From positions 62,176,001 to 62,240,000 of the forward strand of contig CP086569.2 of the NCBI GenBank assembly GCA_009914755.4: 64,000 nt of DNA. The letters run 5' to 3'. This document shows positions 24,456 through 41,564 of this stretch, in pieces. Under the pieces are notes generated by a model. It did no database searches. It was given only the letters and a program-made list of their open reading frames with translations, and was not told the origin of the DNA. How positions within the stretch are numbered: position 1 is the stretch's first letter; each line of letters opens with the position of its first letter. The DNA comes from the human T2T-CHM13v2.0 reference genome, Homo sapiens. Both the position numbers and the translations under genes were made by a program.

Positions 24456-27295
24456 ACCATTCTGGAGTAACAAGCCTCAAATGGTGAATAATTCTTTCCC
24501 TAACTCTGGTCCACCTGCAACCTAGGAGTTAAAATAAGTATCTTGCTATGTTAAGAGTAAAGCAATAGTTACAGGCATCATATATTAGCTGTCTTGCTCC
24601 CAAAATGGTGACATTACAAACTTTTCCACTATTCCCTTTGAAAACATGCTTGCAGCCAGTTACCATTTCTTAGCTTATGATGTAGAGCTATTAAGGGAGT
24701 ATTTTCACTTGTGCCAAAGAGGGTAAGCGTTTATTAGCCTTATCTTTATTGGCCAGGGAAAACTAATTCAATTTTTTTTGAACAAAGTATAACTGAGACT
24801 ATTTTTGGAGCTTAAGATTTGTTAGAGCTGTTAACATTCAACCTTATTGATTATATTGAGAGCGCTCTTCTGATTCAAATGTAAGCAAACCACTGATGAC
24901 CACTGGTCCGTATAACACATTTTACCAACAGCTCCTTCACACTGAATCCTTTAACTTGGCCAAAGGACCCTTAAAGAACATCTAGTCCAATGTCAACATT
25001 TTATAGCTGGAGAAAGGGATGCACAGAGAGGGAAAATAACCTGTCCAAAGTCACACAGTTCTGAAAATTGAGTGGAATTATGACTTTATACCAGAGTTCC
25101 TAATTTCCAGGTATCTTAGCCTCAGTTTCTTAAAAAATAGAGTTTGAAGCAAAAGCTATGTACGATCCAGGGTAGTATGAGTAAGGAAAGGGTTAATGAG
25201 GGAGGGAAGAAAGAAGAACAAATAAAAAGCATGTCACTGAGTTGGCCACAGTCTGTTCCTTGGCAAGCTAATTTCGCAATTTTTTGTGACAGACCATATA
25301 AAACTACTACATCTCCATACAGCCCACGTGGTGGAGGAAAGGAGGTGAATTCATCTGCTAGCTCTCATCTCATTAGTCAAATTCTTCCCCATGTGATATT
25401 TACCCTTCTACATTTTTGGGTAGTGCGTGATGGGCACTTAAATATGTACCTTGGCATTTCATGCTTCAGCAATAATGGGAAGGATTGTGGCTCCACTATA
25501 AACAGTAAGGCAAGTATATGAATATAGGGAGATTAAATTTAAAGTGCTACACTAGGGTGGTGCTTTTACCTTATGTCTTTAATCACATTCCTTCGAAGTA
25601 AGTTAGAGATAACCTACCACCTTTAAAGTAAATAAAGCTTTATTGTGGCTCTTAGAACTGTACTATGTTTGCCTTCCTGAACCTATTTATTCTCTAGCTT
25701 GCTTTAAAGGGCTTCTTTTTTATATGGAAATTAATTCCCTGTTCAATTAAAGGAGTAACAAACTCTCAAAATATCTTTCTTCTTAATATAAAAAGGAATT
25801 TCATATTATTGAACTCCTCAAAAAGCATGTGTAAGTCAAAATATGTATGTGAAGGCACATATGTTCTTTTAGGTTCCATGAGCATAATAGCAGGAAAACT
25901 GGTTAAGTCAATAAATGCTGGGGAAGAAATGGCTAAACAAGGTATTCTGTAACATGAAAATAAAGCAATGAGTTGGTTGGCTGGCTTTTTAAAAAATATT
26001 TCAGCCACTAATTATGACACAGACACATTATAAGAATTATGCTACCTTTTATTCACATATACAATAGTTCCCTGTGTCCTATAGATCATTGTCACATAAA
26101 GCAAAAGCATTAGTGCCCCATTTGGACCTTTGGCCGAAGGTTTGATAAGATTTTGTAGGACTGAAATTCTTGGTCCCTTTATCCTAGTTTAGGCCCATAT
26201 CCTTATTTTCACTCTCAAAGATAAGATCATGACACTACCCGTGTTGCTGCTGTTAAAGGCCAGGATGGACAAGATAAGGAAAGGCATTTTGGGAATGACA
26301 CTGACTAATGTTAGGAATCTTGCTGTCATTACAATCCAAGTTATATATGTTTGCTCCCATATGTATTTGTTGGCCAATCTCCTGAAAAAGAAGAAGGTAA
26401 TTCTAACTCACACATTGTCATTCCCAAACTAACCCGGCAATCCTTTTGACCATACCAGGTAATAGTCATCCCTCTGATGGTAAAAGACAGAGATGTCAAG
26501 GCTCTGGAAGCTCCCAGGTCCTTGAAGAACTAACTAAACTGCTGAACACAGAAGTGGTAATGTAGGCAAGCCACAGGTATGTTCTCTTGTAACAAGATGG
26601 GGTTGACCATATGTGAACCCTGAAGAGTCATTTTGAACCTATGTCCTAAGGCCTAAAGTACTTTAATCCTCATCTTCAAAGTCTTACCACTCTGATAACA
26701 AAAAGAAACACTACAAAGAAACTGCAAGGAAAGGGACAGTCATTTTTTTTAATATCTACCAATTATTTAGTTATTCATATATGCATTTCTTTATATAGAA
26801 AAGTATTTATATGAAGTTTCCAAAAGACTCTGATATTCAGCTTTATAGTCTTGGATAGAAAATCATGTGTCCTTGGATGGGGATTCACACACCAAGGCTT
26901 AACAGAATTAGTTTGGGGAATACTCATTTTTACTCTAGAGATTAGTTGGCTTAAACAACTTTACTCGTGAATTTTTTTCTTAATGGAGGTGAAGACCTCC
27001 CAAAGAGGAGAAGGCCCCAGGCCTTTCTTAATATATAAACCATATTGAAAGAAAGAAAGAAAAAAGTAATGGGAAGTAATAGTAAATGTGGATCCAGAAA
27101 GAAAAACAAAGGTTAAGAAAATGATGTATGTGAAAGAAAAAAAGCTCTATAATCAGTGTGTTTCTCTCACCTAAAACACCATTTACTAACTACTTGGTTC
27201 AGTTGTACCCTTTAACTCTATTTTGTCCTTGACTTATATCAACACTCTTCTTTTCCAAACTCCTATAGCTCTCCATCTGGAATGATTCTATGGGG

Positions 27296-27375
27296 TGGGG
27301 GGTCGGGGGAGGAGAAAGGGAGACAGCAGAAGAAAGAAAGAGAGAGAAAGATAGAGAGAGAGAGAGAGATGGGTG
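27296..27375. repeat. GA-rich simple repeat (gggagacagcagaagaaagaaagagagagaaagatagagagagagagagagatgg)
   Basis: Direct reading. Confidence 0.9.
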
Positions 27376-27699
27376 GAGACTTGGCCTCTCTCCTAGAGGT
27401 TCAAAGTTAGAATATGCCACTAACACTATCTGCCTTTCAAACTCCCTTCTAGGACATGCTCCATAGTACTTAGATCTTATATCAAATGACAAGGTTTCTC
27501 TCCTTCAGAGAGAAATACCAGACTGGATTTGTGGTTTCCCTGGATTGGTTTTTTCTGAGTCAAAGTGGTGTTGTAGAAATCACAGTACCCTGAGACCAAT
27601 TAAGTCAGAATCTTTGGAGGTGTTGAGGAATGGATTTTTAAAGTTCCCAGATGATTATAATATGCAAACAGATTTGAGAAAATTGAATCACTTTATTCC

Positions 27700-27930
27700 A
27701 TAAATGCAGATAGTGAGGCTAAGAGAGGGAAAGTGACTTACTCATAACCACACCGTGAGTTAGTGACCAAGTCAGGATAAGAATCCAGGTCTGCAGACTC
27801 CTAGGCCAGAATTCTTGTCTTTATACTACACTGCTTCTATCTCTACCCTATTCCTCCTCTGAGCCTTTGCTTTTCTCATCTGTAAAATGACGATAATAAA
27901 GCCTAGAGAGTGTATGAGAATCATTAAAGC
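27700..27930. repeat. MIR SINE
   Basis: 'gtgaggctaagagagggaaagtgacttactcataaccacaccgtgagttagtgaccaagtcaggataagaatccaggtctgcagactcctaggccagaattcttgtctttatactacactgcttc...ttctcatctgtaaaatgacgataataa'. Confidence 0.75.
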
Positions 27931-30900
27931 AGAAGCATTTTTCTTAATGTACAAGGTTCTATACAAATGCAAGGGAATTAATGTATAACATATATGTGGG
28001 GCTAAGTCTCTAAAACAACATAATAAAAGTTGTTTTTATTTTAGTCAATCATTTAGGTATTGTGTCTACCTGATAGCATGTAACAAGATTGAACACTTGT
28101 GTAGGTCGTATGTGCCTTTAATCTGAGGTTGGCCTCAGTGACAATCAAAATTAGCAGTTGAGGAAAAAGGTCATACATTTTTCTCTTGCCCTTGCTGGAA
28201 TAGGGATCAAGAGGAATATAAAAGCAGTGGGATATCTGGATTTCTTATACTCAGTCAACCACAACATGGCCTTAGTACTGAACTAGCCCAGGGTTTCAAT
28301 GGAACTCGTAGATCTCATTCCCAAGGCTGGTCCTGGTTGAAGGGAGAAGGTCAAAAAAGGACGTGTCTTCTGAAAGGCATTACCCATGGAAAGCCAAGGG
28401 GGAGGGTTGCCCACTAGGAGGAGCTTCTTTTGTAGAAGCCAGAATGGAGGAAAGGGGCTTTCTGACTTGGAGCATCTGAGGAAATAGATTATTTGAGGAT
28501 CTAGTACTCCCAGAATAATCTGTAACCACAAGAAACACATTTCTTGAACTCCAGCGCCCCAGAACAGGATATCCATATCCAATCCCATCGTATCCATCCT
28601 GGATGTTATGAATTTCCAGAGAGGGCCACTTCTACCCCCCTAGGAGTCATACATCTGGCTACTTATTTGTTAAAAATAAAATTCTGTACCATTTATAAAA
28701 TGGGCCTCTTATGTCTTCCTTATTTTGAAATTATAATATACATTCCTAATTCATCATTCATTTTTGCCAATGATTTTTAAGTATTTATTTGAAAGTTATT
28801 TTTAAATACAAAAATATATGTATTTAATAAAGCACTTCTTTATCTTCTTATTTGAACCATACTAAAAAATGTAAAACATGCCATGATTAAACTAGGTAAT
28901 TCTATATATCACATTACAAGTAAGTTTTAAAAATCTATTTGGTAAATATATTCTCATTTCATCTTGAAATACCTCCCTTTTAAGGGGAGGGTAGAGAGAC
29001 AATGAATTACTGTAAATCAAGAGGCCTAAAAGTATAATGACAAATATTTATAATTCAGATTCATCTCAGGCAGGGGTTTCTTTTCAGGTAATTAAGAGGT
29101 GATGACCTATGTTCAGGAAAAATTGGGTTGTTTAGAGGCCATGTAGGGGCCTATGATTTCCTAGAAAATATAGACCCAAAGAGCTCCTTGCTGGTAATTA
29201 CACCGCCGAAGAAGTTCGTATACTTTGCCTCACAACAATTAACACAAGAGCGTAGGTATGAGCTGCATAAAGTGCAGGTGAACAGAATGAAAAATCAGAC
29301 TCAATCTGTAGTTCTGAAGGAAGGGTCAAATTTGGTTGTGGTAGGTGTTAATAGTTGAAGAAACTGAAATCTATTTCAAGAGCACTTCAGATAAACAGGA
29401 TGGAGACTGAAGCCAAGAAGGAGAATAAACAGTAATTACTGCATAAGAGGCTAGAGCATACCTGAAGTCCAAAAGCAGCACTGAATTTAGAATCAGAAGA
29501 TATAGATAATATACAAGAGAGTGTGCAATGCAGGGAGCCATGCTTGATGGGTTTCATCTAAAGGATTGTAGCTCCACCTTTAGCAAGTTAGCTTTTCTGT
29601 GCCTAGTTTTGAACCCAGGAACCATGACTCTAAAGATTTTGTGCTCTTAACTACTGCAATCTTCTTTTCAGTACAAAAATGGCTACATTAATAGGATTAT
29701 AATGCATCCCGATTTGCCCAGGACTGTCTCAGCTAATACCTGTTTCTAAAATATTTATTAATAGTGCCTCCTTACACTCTGAGAGCGTATCTTGACATGA
29801 CTTGTATATAATTTTTAATATGATGTTTAATCCCCAATTGTTTATTATCCATCATACCCCCAAACTCTGAACCTCCCTTGTTACCCAGATTACATTCCCT
29901 CTCTCCCTCTAGCATACTTGCCTGACAAAATCTGAACCTTAAGTATAATCACTTGTTCCACATTTTCATCTAAACAGCTGAATGTGATTGGAGAAAAACA
30001 CAAAACGGTACATTCAAGCGTGCCCTTAGTACCACCGGGTATTATTTATTTCTCTCTTCAGTTTATTTTCAAATCAACTCTTTAAAAGGACTGCTTCACA
30101 CTTCTCTCTCATCACACCTCCAATACCCCACCTCCTCCATGCCTCCACTCCCATCCTATGACCTTGCAATATATCACTGGGAAAATAGCCTTTTCTTTTG
30201 AACTCACTCTAGCCAAGCTTTTAAACCAATGCTCCACCAAAATAGCTCTTTTCAATGTCACCAATGATCCTACCTTGCTAAATCCAATGGTCAATTCTCA
30301 GTCATCTTATTCAGTTTATCACTAGCATTTGTACCAGTCCATCGTGCCGTCTACATTAACAGCTACCCCCACCTGAGACAATGAGCCGCATGCAGTTAGT
30401 TTATTTGAGGGAAGTGATTCAGAAAACAGGAGAAGGGACTGAGAAAGGTGAGCCAGGAAAGGAAGGAACATCAGTCCAAGGGCATGTTATTGATCTGTTT
30501 ACTACTATAGGCAACTGAGGATTATTTCCACTGAAGATTATTCCCACTGAGGACTCTCTAAGGAGCCATGTAGAATGCGCCCCAGAATTTTCCATCAGAC
30601 ATAGAAGAGGAGAGTGTTTTTCTATCAAATCTCATCTCCCATTAATTAAGTGTAATCCTAGAGGGTGTTTACTCACTGGCACTTGCAAGTTGGCACATGA
30701 TTTGGACTCACTGAGCAGGGTCCTTCAGGTGATCCACATGGTGGTGGCAGAGAAGCCCCACAGCAGGAAGCAATAGTATGAGATAAAGCTGAATGAGGTA
30801 GCATCAAGCTACACCTACATGTAGTTACTGCAGCATGGCCTGAACAAAAAGGCGGTCCATATTGAAATATATTCTTTATTTGGCTTACAGCACACCACAC

Positions 30901-33004
30901 TCTGCTGATTCTCCTCTCACCTCATTGATCGCTCCCTCTCCAAGCCCTTTGATAGTTCTTCCTCATTTTCCTGAACTGTAAATATTAGTGTGCCTGAAGT
31001 TTCAGTTCTTAGTCCTCTTCTCCATCTACACTCACTCTTGTGGTGATCTCATCTAGTATCCTTGATTTAAACACCATTTATGTACTCACAACTCCAAAAT
31101 TTATAGCTCTAGCCCAATCTCTCCCCTGAATTCCAGAATGCTCACTTAAAATCTCTACCTACGAGCTTAATAATAATATAAAACAACATGTTTAACAGAT
31201 AAATCTTGATTTCTATGTCATTGAGTTTTCCCTCACCTCAGTAAATGATGATTCTATTCTTCAGAGACTCAAGCTGACCATTTGGAGGTATCCTTCACTT
31301 CTATCTTTTTCTCATGTCAATCGGTCAAGAAATCCTGTTGGCTCTACCCTCAAAATAGATCCAGAATTTGACTATTTCTCAGTATCATTACTGCTACTAC
31401 CTGTTCTGATCTACCATTATCTCCTCCCTCGATAATTGCAGCAGCTCTCTGATTCCACTAATCCCAAAGTCTAATCCCAACAGAGAAACTGCGATGATTG
31501 TTCTGAAGATGAAGGCCAGCCAGATCTTGTCATTCTTCTGCATAAAATCTTCCAGTGATCTTCCAATTAACTTAGAACCAGACTCATCTAGTTATGACTA
31601 TAAGGCCCTACATACTCTTCCCCTGCTATTTACATGGCCAGCTCTCTCACTTAATTCAGGAGTTCACTCAAATGTCACTTCCTCAAGGAGGCTTTCCCTG
31701 AATACCCTAAATCAGCATTGCTCATCATTTTATCCTCCTGTTTTGGTTCATTTTCCTTCATAGGAATTCTTACTACCTGATTATATTATATGTTACTGTT
31801 GAATAAATAAGTTAATATGTGGGAGTTTAAATTGGAATGGTCTTTCTTAAAGTCAGCAAATATTGATCAAATGTCTCTTATGTGCCAGACAGACATTGCT
31901 GTATGTACTGCTCCAGTCTGTTCCTTCCCAAAACTCTTCTCTTGCCCCTGGAAACTCTACTTCTTTCATTTCTCCATTTTTGGAATTAACTGGGATTACA
32001 ATGCTTCCCCTTCAGTACTCTCCAGTGGAGACTGTTCATTCTCCCATATATGGCTTCATTTCATTCCCAATGCAGCCTAGACTCCAGAGAGATGAAGATT
32101 TGAGTACCATCTTCATAGGAAGTGTTGGTTGAAATTGGAAATGTGTGATATCTCTCTCTGGCAGAAAGTATAAACTGGAGAAAAGCAAAACACCAGCAGA
32201 ATCTTTCCTCTAAAGTGATACCTATCATGATTAGAGAAACCATACAGTTATGCTAGCAAGAATGCCAATTATATAAGAAAGGCAAGTTCACTGGGTCTCT
32301 TTACTGTAAAAAATACTTCTAGAAGAATACATTTGGAAACAACTACCATATGAATATAAGAGATAACAATTATTGAGTTCCTACTATGTTTCAGGCATAA
32401 AATTAACATTTAATCCTCATGACAACTTTATGATATAGAAATTTTATCACTATTGACAATGGATGTGGAAACAGGGGCTTTGGAAAGTTACTTGCATAAG
32501 GCAATGAAACTAACAAGTGAAAAGAAGTCCTAGGATTTAAAACCAGGTTTGTCTCAAACACCATGTTCTCTGCACTCTGCAATACCACCTTGTTTGCTAA
32601 TTATATCAATTTAGAATGTGTGCATGGAAATTAAACATGCATTGTTAAAATTTTTACTAGATCTATCAGCAGCTTTCAACATAATTGACCCTTCCCTCCT
32701 TTAAGTTCTTTCCTTTCCTGGCTTCAATTAAGCTACATTTTCCTGTTTTCCCTCCTAATTATGTGGTTACTTCCCAGTCTCTTTTTCTAGTTTTTTTTCC
32801 TTTATCTGGCCTTTAAATATTGAAGTACTCAGGACTCTTCCTGTCCCTTTTGTTTTACAAGTCTACACACTTTTCCCAAGAAATGTCATCCCAAAACTCT
32901 TCCCTGGCCCCCAAGAACCATTTCTTCATTTCTCTACTTCTGGAATTTACACTCTTATGACTTCAACTATACTGATGACTCCCACATTTGTATCTCTAGC
33001 ACAC

Positions 33005-33059
33005 ACCATTTTTCTTTTTTCTTTTTCTTTTTCTTTTTATTTATTTATTTATTTATTAT

Positions 33060-33060
<1 letters not shown>
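33005..33060. repeat. (CTTTTT)n / (ATTT)n / (ATT)n simple repeats
   Basis: Direct reading. Confidence 0.9.
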
Positions 33061-34212
<1,152 letters not shown>

Positions 34213-36328
34213 ACCCCATTTTTCTAAGCTCAGTGCTGTATCCAATTGCATAGTCTATATCTACATATATTATAGATACCTCAAGTTCAACACATTCAAA
34301 ATTGAACTAATTAACTTTGTTCCTCAAATCTGCTCATCTTTGATGGTTCTCAAACTCAATAAATGTTATTACTATCTACTCAAATGCTCAAGCCATAAGC
34401 TTGTGAATCCTCCTATCTTCAGTCTCTTCATCTCCTATATGCAATGAATCAAAAAGTGCTGTCAATTCTTCTTTCTTGAGAATCTCTCTAATTCATTAGC
34501 TTTTCTACATCTCCACAATCATAATTAACCAAAAAGCTATTAACAATGCCTTATTGTATTGCTCCAATAGCTCCTTAACTAGTTTCCTCATAAAACCTTT
34601 TATCCCCACTCCAATATTTTCTCCACATAGCAAATAATAATATTTTTAAATGTAAATTTTATTATGTCATTGTCTTACTCTCTATTGCTATTTGTAGTTC
34701 CCTAATTATTAAATCAAACTTCTTAATATTGCCAGGCCTCTGCCTACTTCTCTCCTACCTCATATTCTACCTTCTCCTCCTCACTGTATTCCAAGTATAC
34801 TATCCTTCTTTCATTTTCTTAAACATACAAAGTTTTATCCTGCTTCAGGTAATTTGCCTATATTGGTCTATCAGAGCAAACCCCTTTACATAGCTTACCT
34901 CTGCTCATTCTTTACATCTCTTAACCATCACTTGCTCAGGAAAACCTTTTGTTTTGCTCCCTTGAAGACTAGATTATGTCCTTCGTTATACACTTCTATA
35001 GCACTTGGTGCTATCTCTGACTACACTACTAATTATTTAATTACAGATTTATTTCTGTCTTCTGCTAAAATATAAACTTTATAAGGGCAGGAATAATTAT
35101 TGTGTTGTTAATTCCTGTATGTTCACTACCTGGCATATCATATAAAGTTATTGAGGGGGAAGCACATATTGATGTACTACAGTGTATTCTACTGAGAAAA
35201 ATAAGTTTCAGATTATTTTTCATTATGAATCATCAATGTAATTGCTCCTTTATACTGACTTAAAAATTGAGAGATGTATGTATTTTAATTATGTCTATTA
35301 CTTAAGCCTATACTTCACTCTGTATTGCAATCCTATTATAAAATGTGCCTAAGCTGTTGGCTAGAAAATTTTAAATTTATGTTATATACCACTTGAAAGT
35401 CATACATTTTTTCAGTCAATGCCAAAATACTCAGAAATACTGTTAATTCTTCCTTACTGCCTACCTTTGTCATATCATGCTGGGTTAGGCAGGGTTGATT
35501 CATCTTGGAAAACATATTCACTTGACTTCATTTACTTTTACTTTCAAATGGGAGTTCCTTACATTACAAAAAAAAATTTTTTCTTCTCCTCTCTTGGATG
35601 CAAAAGTAAGACCCAATTTTATTTATAATTTTATTATAAAGACATAGATAAGTTAAAAGGAAATATGTGGAAAGTGATATACAATACAAAAAGTAAACCA
35701 AAGAAAGCTAGAGTGACTATACTAATATCACATAAAGTAGACTTCTGAATAAGAAATATTTTTCAGGAATAAAGAGGAACATCTCATAATGATAAGTTAA
35801 TTCTCCAAGAAGACGTGGAAATTCTAAATGTGCATACACCTAATAGATTGAATATGCATGAAGCAAAAACTGACAGAAAAGAAAGCAGAAATAAACAAAA
35901 CGTGATTAGACTTGGATATTTCAACACTCTTCTCAGTAATTGATAGAACAAATAGACAGAACATCAGTAAGAATATGAAAGATTTGGAGAACCTTATTGA
36001 CCAACATGCCTTAATTGACATTTATAGAAAACTCCACCCAACAGCAGCAAAATACACATTATTTTCAAACGCACATGGAACATTCACCAAAATAGACCAT
36101 ATTCTGGATGACAAAACAAGTCTCATAAACTTAAAAAGAGCAAAATCATACAAGGTATATTCTCTGGCCACAATGGAATTGAATTAAGATTCTATAACAT
36201 ATCTGAAAAATCTCTAAATATTTGAAAATTAACAACATATCTGTACATAACACATGGGTCAAAGAAGAAATCACTAGTTAATTCAGAAAATATTTTGAAT
36301 GGAATGAAAATGAAAACACAGTATATCA

Positions 36329-36472
<144 letters not shown>

Positions 36473-37829
36473 TGGGAGAGTGGCTACCCAGACTTCATCA
36501 GTACACAATGTATCCATGTTAACAAAATTGTACTTTTTTGTTATAATCACAAAGTAGTGAATATGAGGATAAAATAAAGGAATTGGCAGGGTAGATATCT
36601 AAAGAGATAATTGAGTCAAATATCACTCAGAGGCTTGAGTCTAAGTCACTACAAGTATGAAATTCAAAAAATTAGAAATGAGAGAAATATCACTCAGAGG
36701 CTTGAGTCTAAGTCACTAGAAGTATGAAATTTGAAAAATTAGAAATGAGAGATTTTGGTTAAATTTACAGAAAAGAAAACTTGTGAGGTGTAGCTAAAGC
36801 AGTGCCTTTAGAGGGAAATGTATGGTATTAAGTGCTTATATTAGAAAAGAAGAAAGGATTCAAATCAACAATGTAAGTTTCTACTTTAATAATTAGAAAT
36901 ATAAGAGCAAAATCAACCCAAAGTGTAGAAGGAAGAAAGTAATAACAAAGAGAATAAATGAAACTGAAAATAGAAAAACAAGAGAGAAAATCAGTGAAAC
37001 CAAGAGCTATTTGGAAATAGCTAATCTGATCAAGAAAAAAAGAGAGAAGACACAAATTACGTATATTAGAAATGAAAGAGGGAACATCACTATGGGTCCT
37101 ACATATACTAAAAGTGTAATAAGGAAATACTATGAACAATTTTAAGCCAAGAGATTTTACAACTTAAATGAAATTGACAATTGCCTTGAAAGACCAAATG
37201 ACCAAAATTTATTCAAAAAATAGAAAATCCAAATAGCATATTTTGTAAAGACATTGAATTCATAATCAATTAAAAATACCATTAAGCCAGATAGTTTTCA
37301 CTGGTGAATTCTATAAAACATTTAAGGAAAAAGTAACATCAATCTTACACAAATTATTTCAGAAATTAGAAAAGAAAGAGACAGTTCTCAATTTTTAGGC
37401 CAGTTCTCAATTTTTAGGCCAGTTTTACTCTGATTTAAAAAGCAGACTAAGTTATTGCAACAAAAGAAGGCTACAGAGTAACATCCCTTATGAACAAAAA
37501 TACAAAAGTATTTAACAAAATATTAACAAATTAGATCCAGCAAGATATATAAAGGATAATGCATCAGTACCAAGAGAAGTTTATCCTGGAAATGCAAGGG
37601 ACAAAGACATTAACATTTGAAAATAAATTGTTGAAATTCACCATATCATCAGAATAAAGGGGGAAACCATATGATCATCTTAATAGATGCAGAAATAGCA
37701 TCTGCAAAAAAAATTCAAGGCCAATTTATAATAATAATTTTTTTAAAGCCCTTAGCAAACTAGGGGAACTTCCTCAACCTGATAAAGGGCACCTACAACA
37801 AAAGCCCTACTGCTTTACCCTTAAGATTA

Positions 37830-38165
37830 GGAATAAATGGACATAGAAAGAAGGATGGCTACCAGAGGCTGGGAAGGGTAGCTGGGGGTTGGGAGGAGGC
37901 GGGGATAGTTAGTGGGTACAAAAAAAGTAGAAAGAATGAATAAGACCTACTATTTGATGGCACAATAGGGTGATTATAGTCGATAATAATTGTATATTTT
38001 TAAATAACTTAAATAACGTAATTGGATTATTAGTAACTCAAAGGATAAATGCTTGACAGGACAGATACCCCATTCTCTATGATGTGCTTATTTCACATTG
38101 CATGCGTGTATCAAAATATCTCATATACCTCATAAATATATACACCTATGTACCCATAAAAAATT
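37830..38165 (+). mobile_element. Nested 3'-terminal fragment of another L1 (L1MA/L1PB-type 3'UTR) inside the old L1
   Basis: 'ggctaccagaggctgggaagggtagctgggggttgggaggaggcggggatagttagtgggtacaaaaaaagtagaaagaatgaataagacctactatttgatggcacaatagggtgattatagtcgataataattgtatatttttaaataact...ggataaatgcttgacaggacagataccccattctctatgatgtgcttatttcacattgcatgcgtgtatcaaaatatctcatatacc' is the canonical L1 3' end. Confidence 0.8.
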
Positions 38166-40662
38166 TTTTTAATTAAAAATATATTAGGAACAAGGCAAGT
38201 ATGTCCACTCTTGTCATTTCTAGCCAACATTGTACTGAAAGTCCCAGCCATTGCAATAAGGTCCATATAAGAAATAAAAGACATTAAGATTGGAAAGGAA
38301 GAACCAAAACTATATCCACAAGTGACATTATTGTGTACATGGAATATCCTAATGAATCTCCAAAAGGGCTATTAAAATTGTAAGTGAGCAAGGTCACAAG
38401 ATACAAGACCAACATACAAAAGTCAATTGCATTTCCATAAACTAGCACATAACAATTGAATATTGAAATAAAAAGCAATTACTTTTAAAATAACATTCAA
38501 AAAACATGGATTACTTAAGGTTATATTTAATAAAATACATTGAAAACCTGCACATTTAAAACTGTAAACTTTGCTGCAGAAATTGAAGAAAAATAAATGG
38601 AGGCATATATCATATTCATAGCTCGGAAGACTCAGTAGTGTCAATCCTCCCAATATTAATTCATAAATTTAACTTGAAAGATACTGACAAGCTGGTACTA
38701 AAATTTATGTAGAAATACTAAGGATCTAGATATCAAAATGAATTTTCTAAAATAACAAATTGGTAATACACTACTTGAGATCAAAACTTACTACTAAACA
38801 CAGAGGAAGGTGTCAGGATAATTGCACAGGAAGAATGGTATATATGAAAATAAACATATGAGGGCAAAATGCACTGATCAAGTAAATGAGATGCTCTATC
38901 TGGAGTGAAGAGTTTAAAATATATTTTTGGACTAGAAAAATGAATTGGACCCAAATTGAAGATAATTTTAAATGTCCTGATGAAAGTTGTTAGAAAATTA
39001 GTTGTCTATAATATATAGAATGATACTTGAAAGAGGCAGGGATACAAGTTAAAATTGTTTTCATGAACCCATACACAAAGTAGTGAATATGAGGATAAAG
39101 AAAAAAATAGGCATGGTAAATATAAAAAGAGATAATTTAGTCAAATGTAATTCAGAGGTTGGAGTTTAAGTCACTAGAATTATGAAATTGGAAAAAAAAT
39201 AGAAGTGAGAGATTTAGTTTAAAAATGAATTCCATTTATAAATGTTTAATTTTATATCATTACAGTGTCAATCTGTTAATATAGAACAAGTGCTTTTCAA
39301 ATATAGATAGAAAGAATGGATTTGAGATATAGACTTGGAAATCGTGCACATAAAGGAGATAGTTGATGCTGTGAGAAGGGAAAGTATAAAGAGAGATGAG
39401 AACAGAAGTATTTGACCTAAGGTTTAAAAAATACCAACTTCTGATAGCAAGAACAGAAAGAATGAATCAAGTAGAAAGGAAGGAATCCTGGATTGTCTCT
39501 GTGTTAACTTACACTGCTGTATGTTTCCAGGACTAGGAAAACTGGAAATGAGCAGGTGAAAATCAGGAAACTAAAATAAATTATTTGTTTCTTTCTAAAA
39601 TGTCTGGTCAACCTTCGCCTGTTTTCCTTGACCTAATATTTACAGAGATGCTCAGTAAGTTCTAGTACTTAGTATATGGTCTAAGGTTTTTCTTGGTCTA
39701 AGGACATGAACTATGGATGAATGTAAGCCAAGGACTTTACAAGGCATATAGTTCTTTGCTCATCATAAGTTACAATAAAACTAAACAAAAAAATATGTTC
39801 CAAAGACTATAAAACTACAGAAATCAAGATAGTTTGGTGTTGGCAAAAAGATAGTCATATAGGTTAATGGCAGAGAATAAGGTATCTAGAAAGAGACCCG
39901 TATATTCATGGTCAATTGATTTTTCATGAAGGTGCCAAGGCAACTAAATGGAAAAAGGAGAATCTTTACAGCAGGTGGTGCAGGAACAACTAGATGTTCA
40001 TATGAAAAAAAAAGAAGCTTAACAACTTGACACTTACTTCATGCAAATAAAAATTAACTTGAAATGGAAAATAGAAAAAAAAGAGAAAAATCTTGACAAC
40101 CTTTGGGTAAGTAGATTTCTTAGGACACAAAAAGCATAAGCCATAAAAGAAAAAACACTGATAAATTGATTTCATCAAAATGTCAAAGTTTTATTCTTCC
40201 AAACATACTGTCAAAATAAAAAGACAAGTCGCAGATTGTGAGAAAATGTTTACAAAACAGTTATCTGACAAAGGATTTATATCCAAAGTATATAAAGAAC
40301 TCTCAAAACTCAATAGTAGTAATAACAGTAAGAATAGGAATAAGAATAAAAGAAAAACAGCCAGAAGGAAAGGTGAGCTAAAAATTTGAATGGGCCCTCT
40401 GTATAATTGCCATTTGTATATTTTCTTCTTTGTATAAAAGATGTACATTCAGTATTGCCGTCATTGGAAGAAGAAAAAAGATATACAAGTAACAAATAGG
40501 CACATGAAAACACCCTCTACAAAACAGTAGAATAGATAAAATAAAGGATGTAATGATACCCTCTATTGCTAAGGATGTGGAGAAGCTGAAACTCACATCT
40601 TATCTGTGAGAATATTAAATAGTACAACCACTTTGGAAAATATTTCAGCAGTTTGTGTGTGG

Positions 40663-40996
<334 letters not shown>

Positions 40997-41167
40997 TAAA
41001 CATATGCTTTTCGTATGACCTTGTGATTCCACTCCTAGGTATTTATTCCAGATAAATACAAACATAGTTCCATAAGAAGATATGTACTTGTATATATCAG
41101 CTTTATCTATACTAGCCCTAACTTGGAAACAACCCAAGTTTCCAGCAACAGATAAAATGGATAAACA

Positions 41168-41564
<397 letters not shown>

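Larger units (their letters stand above)
20947..29000 (+). other. SPRY3: SPRY3 3'UTR (long, last exon); the 3' end is not determinable from sequence alone
   Basis: Inference: the last exon continues past the stop, and no convincing splice donor or single poly(A) site was identified by eye; the extent is approximate. Confidence 0.3.
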
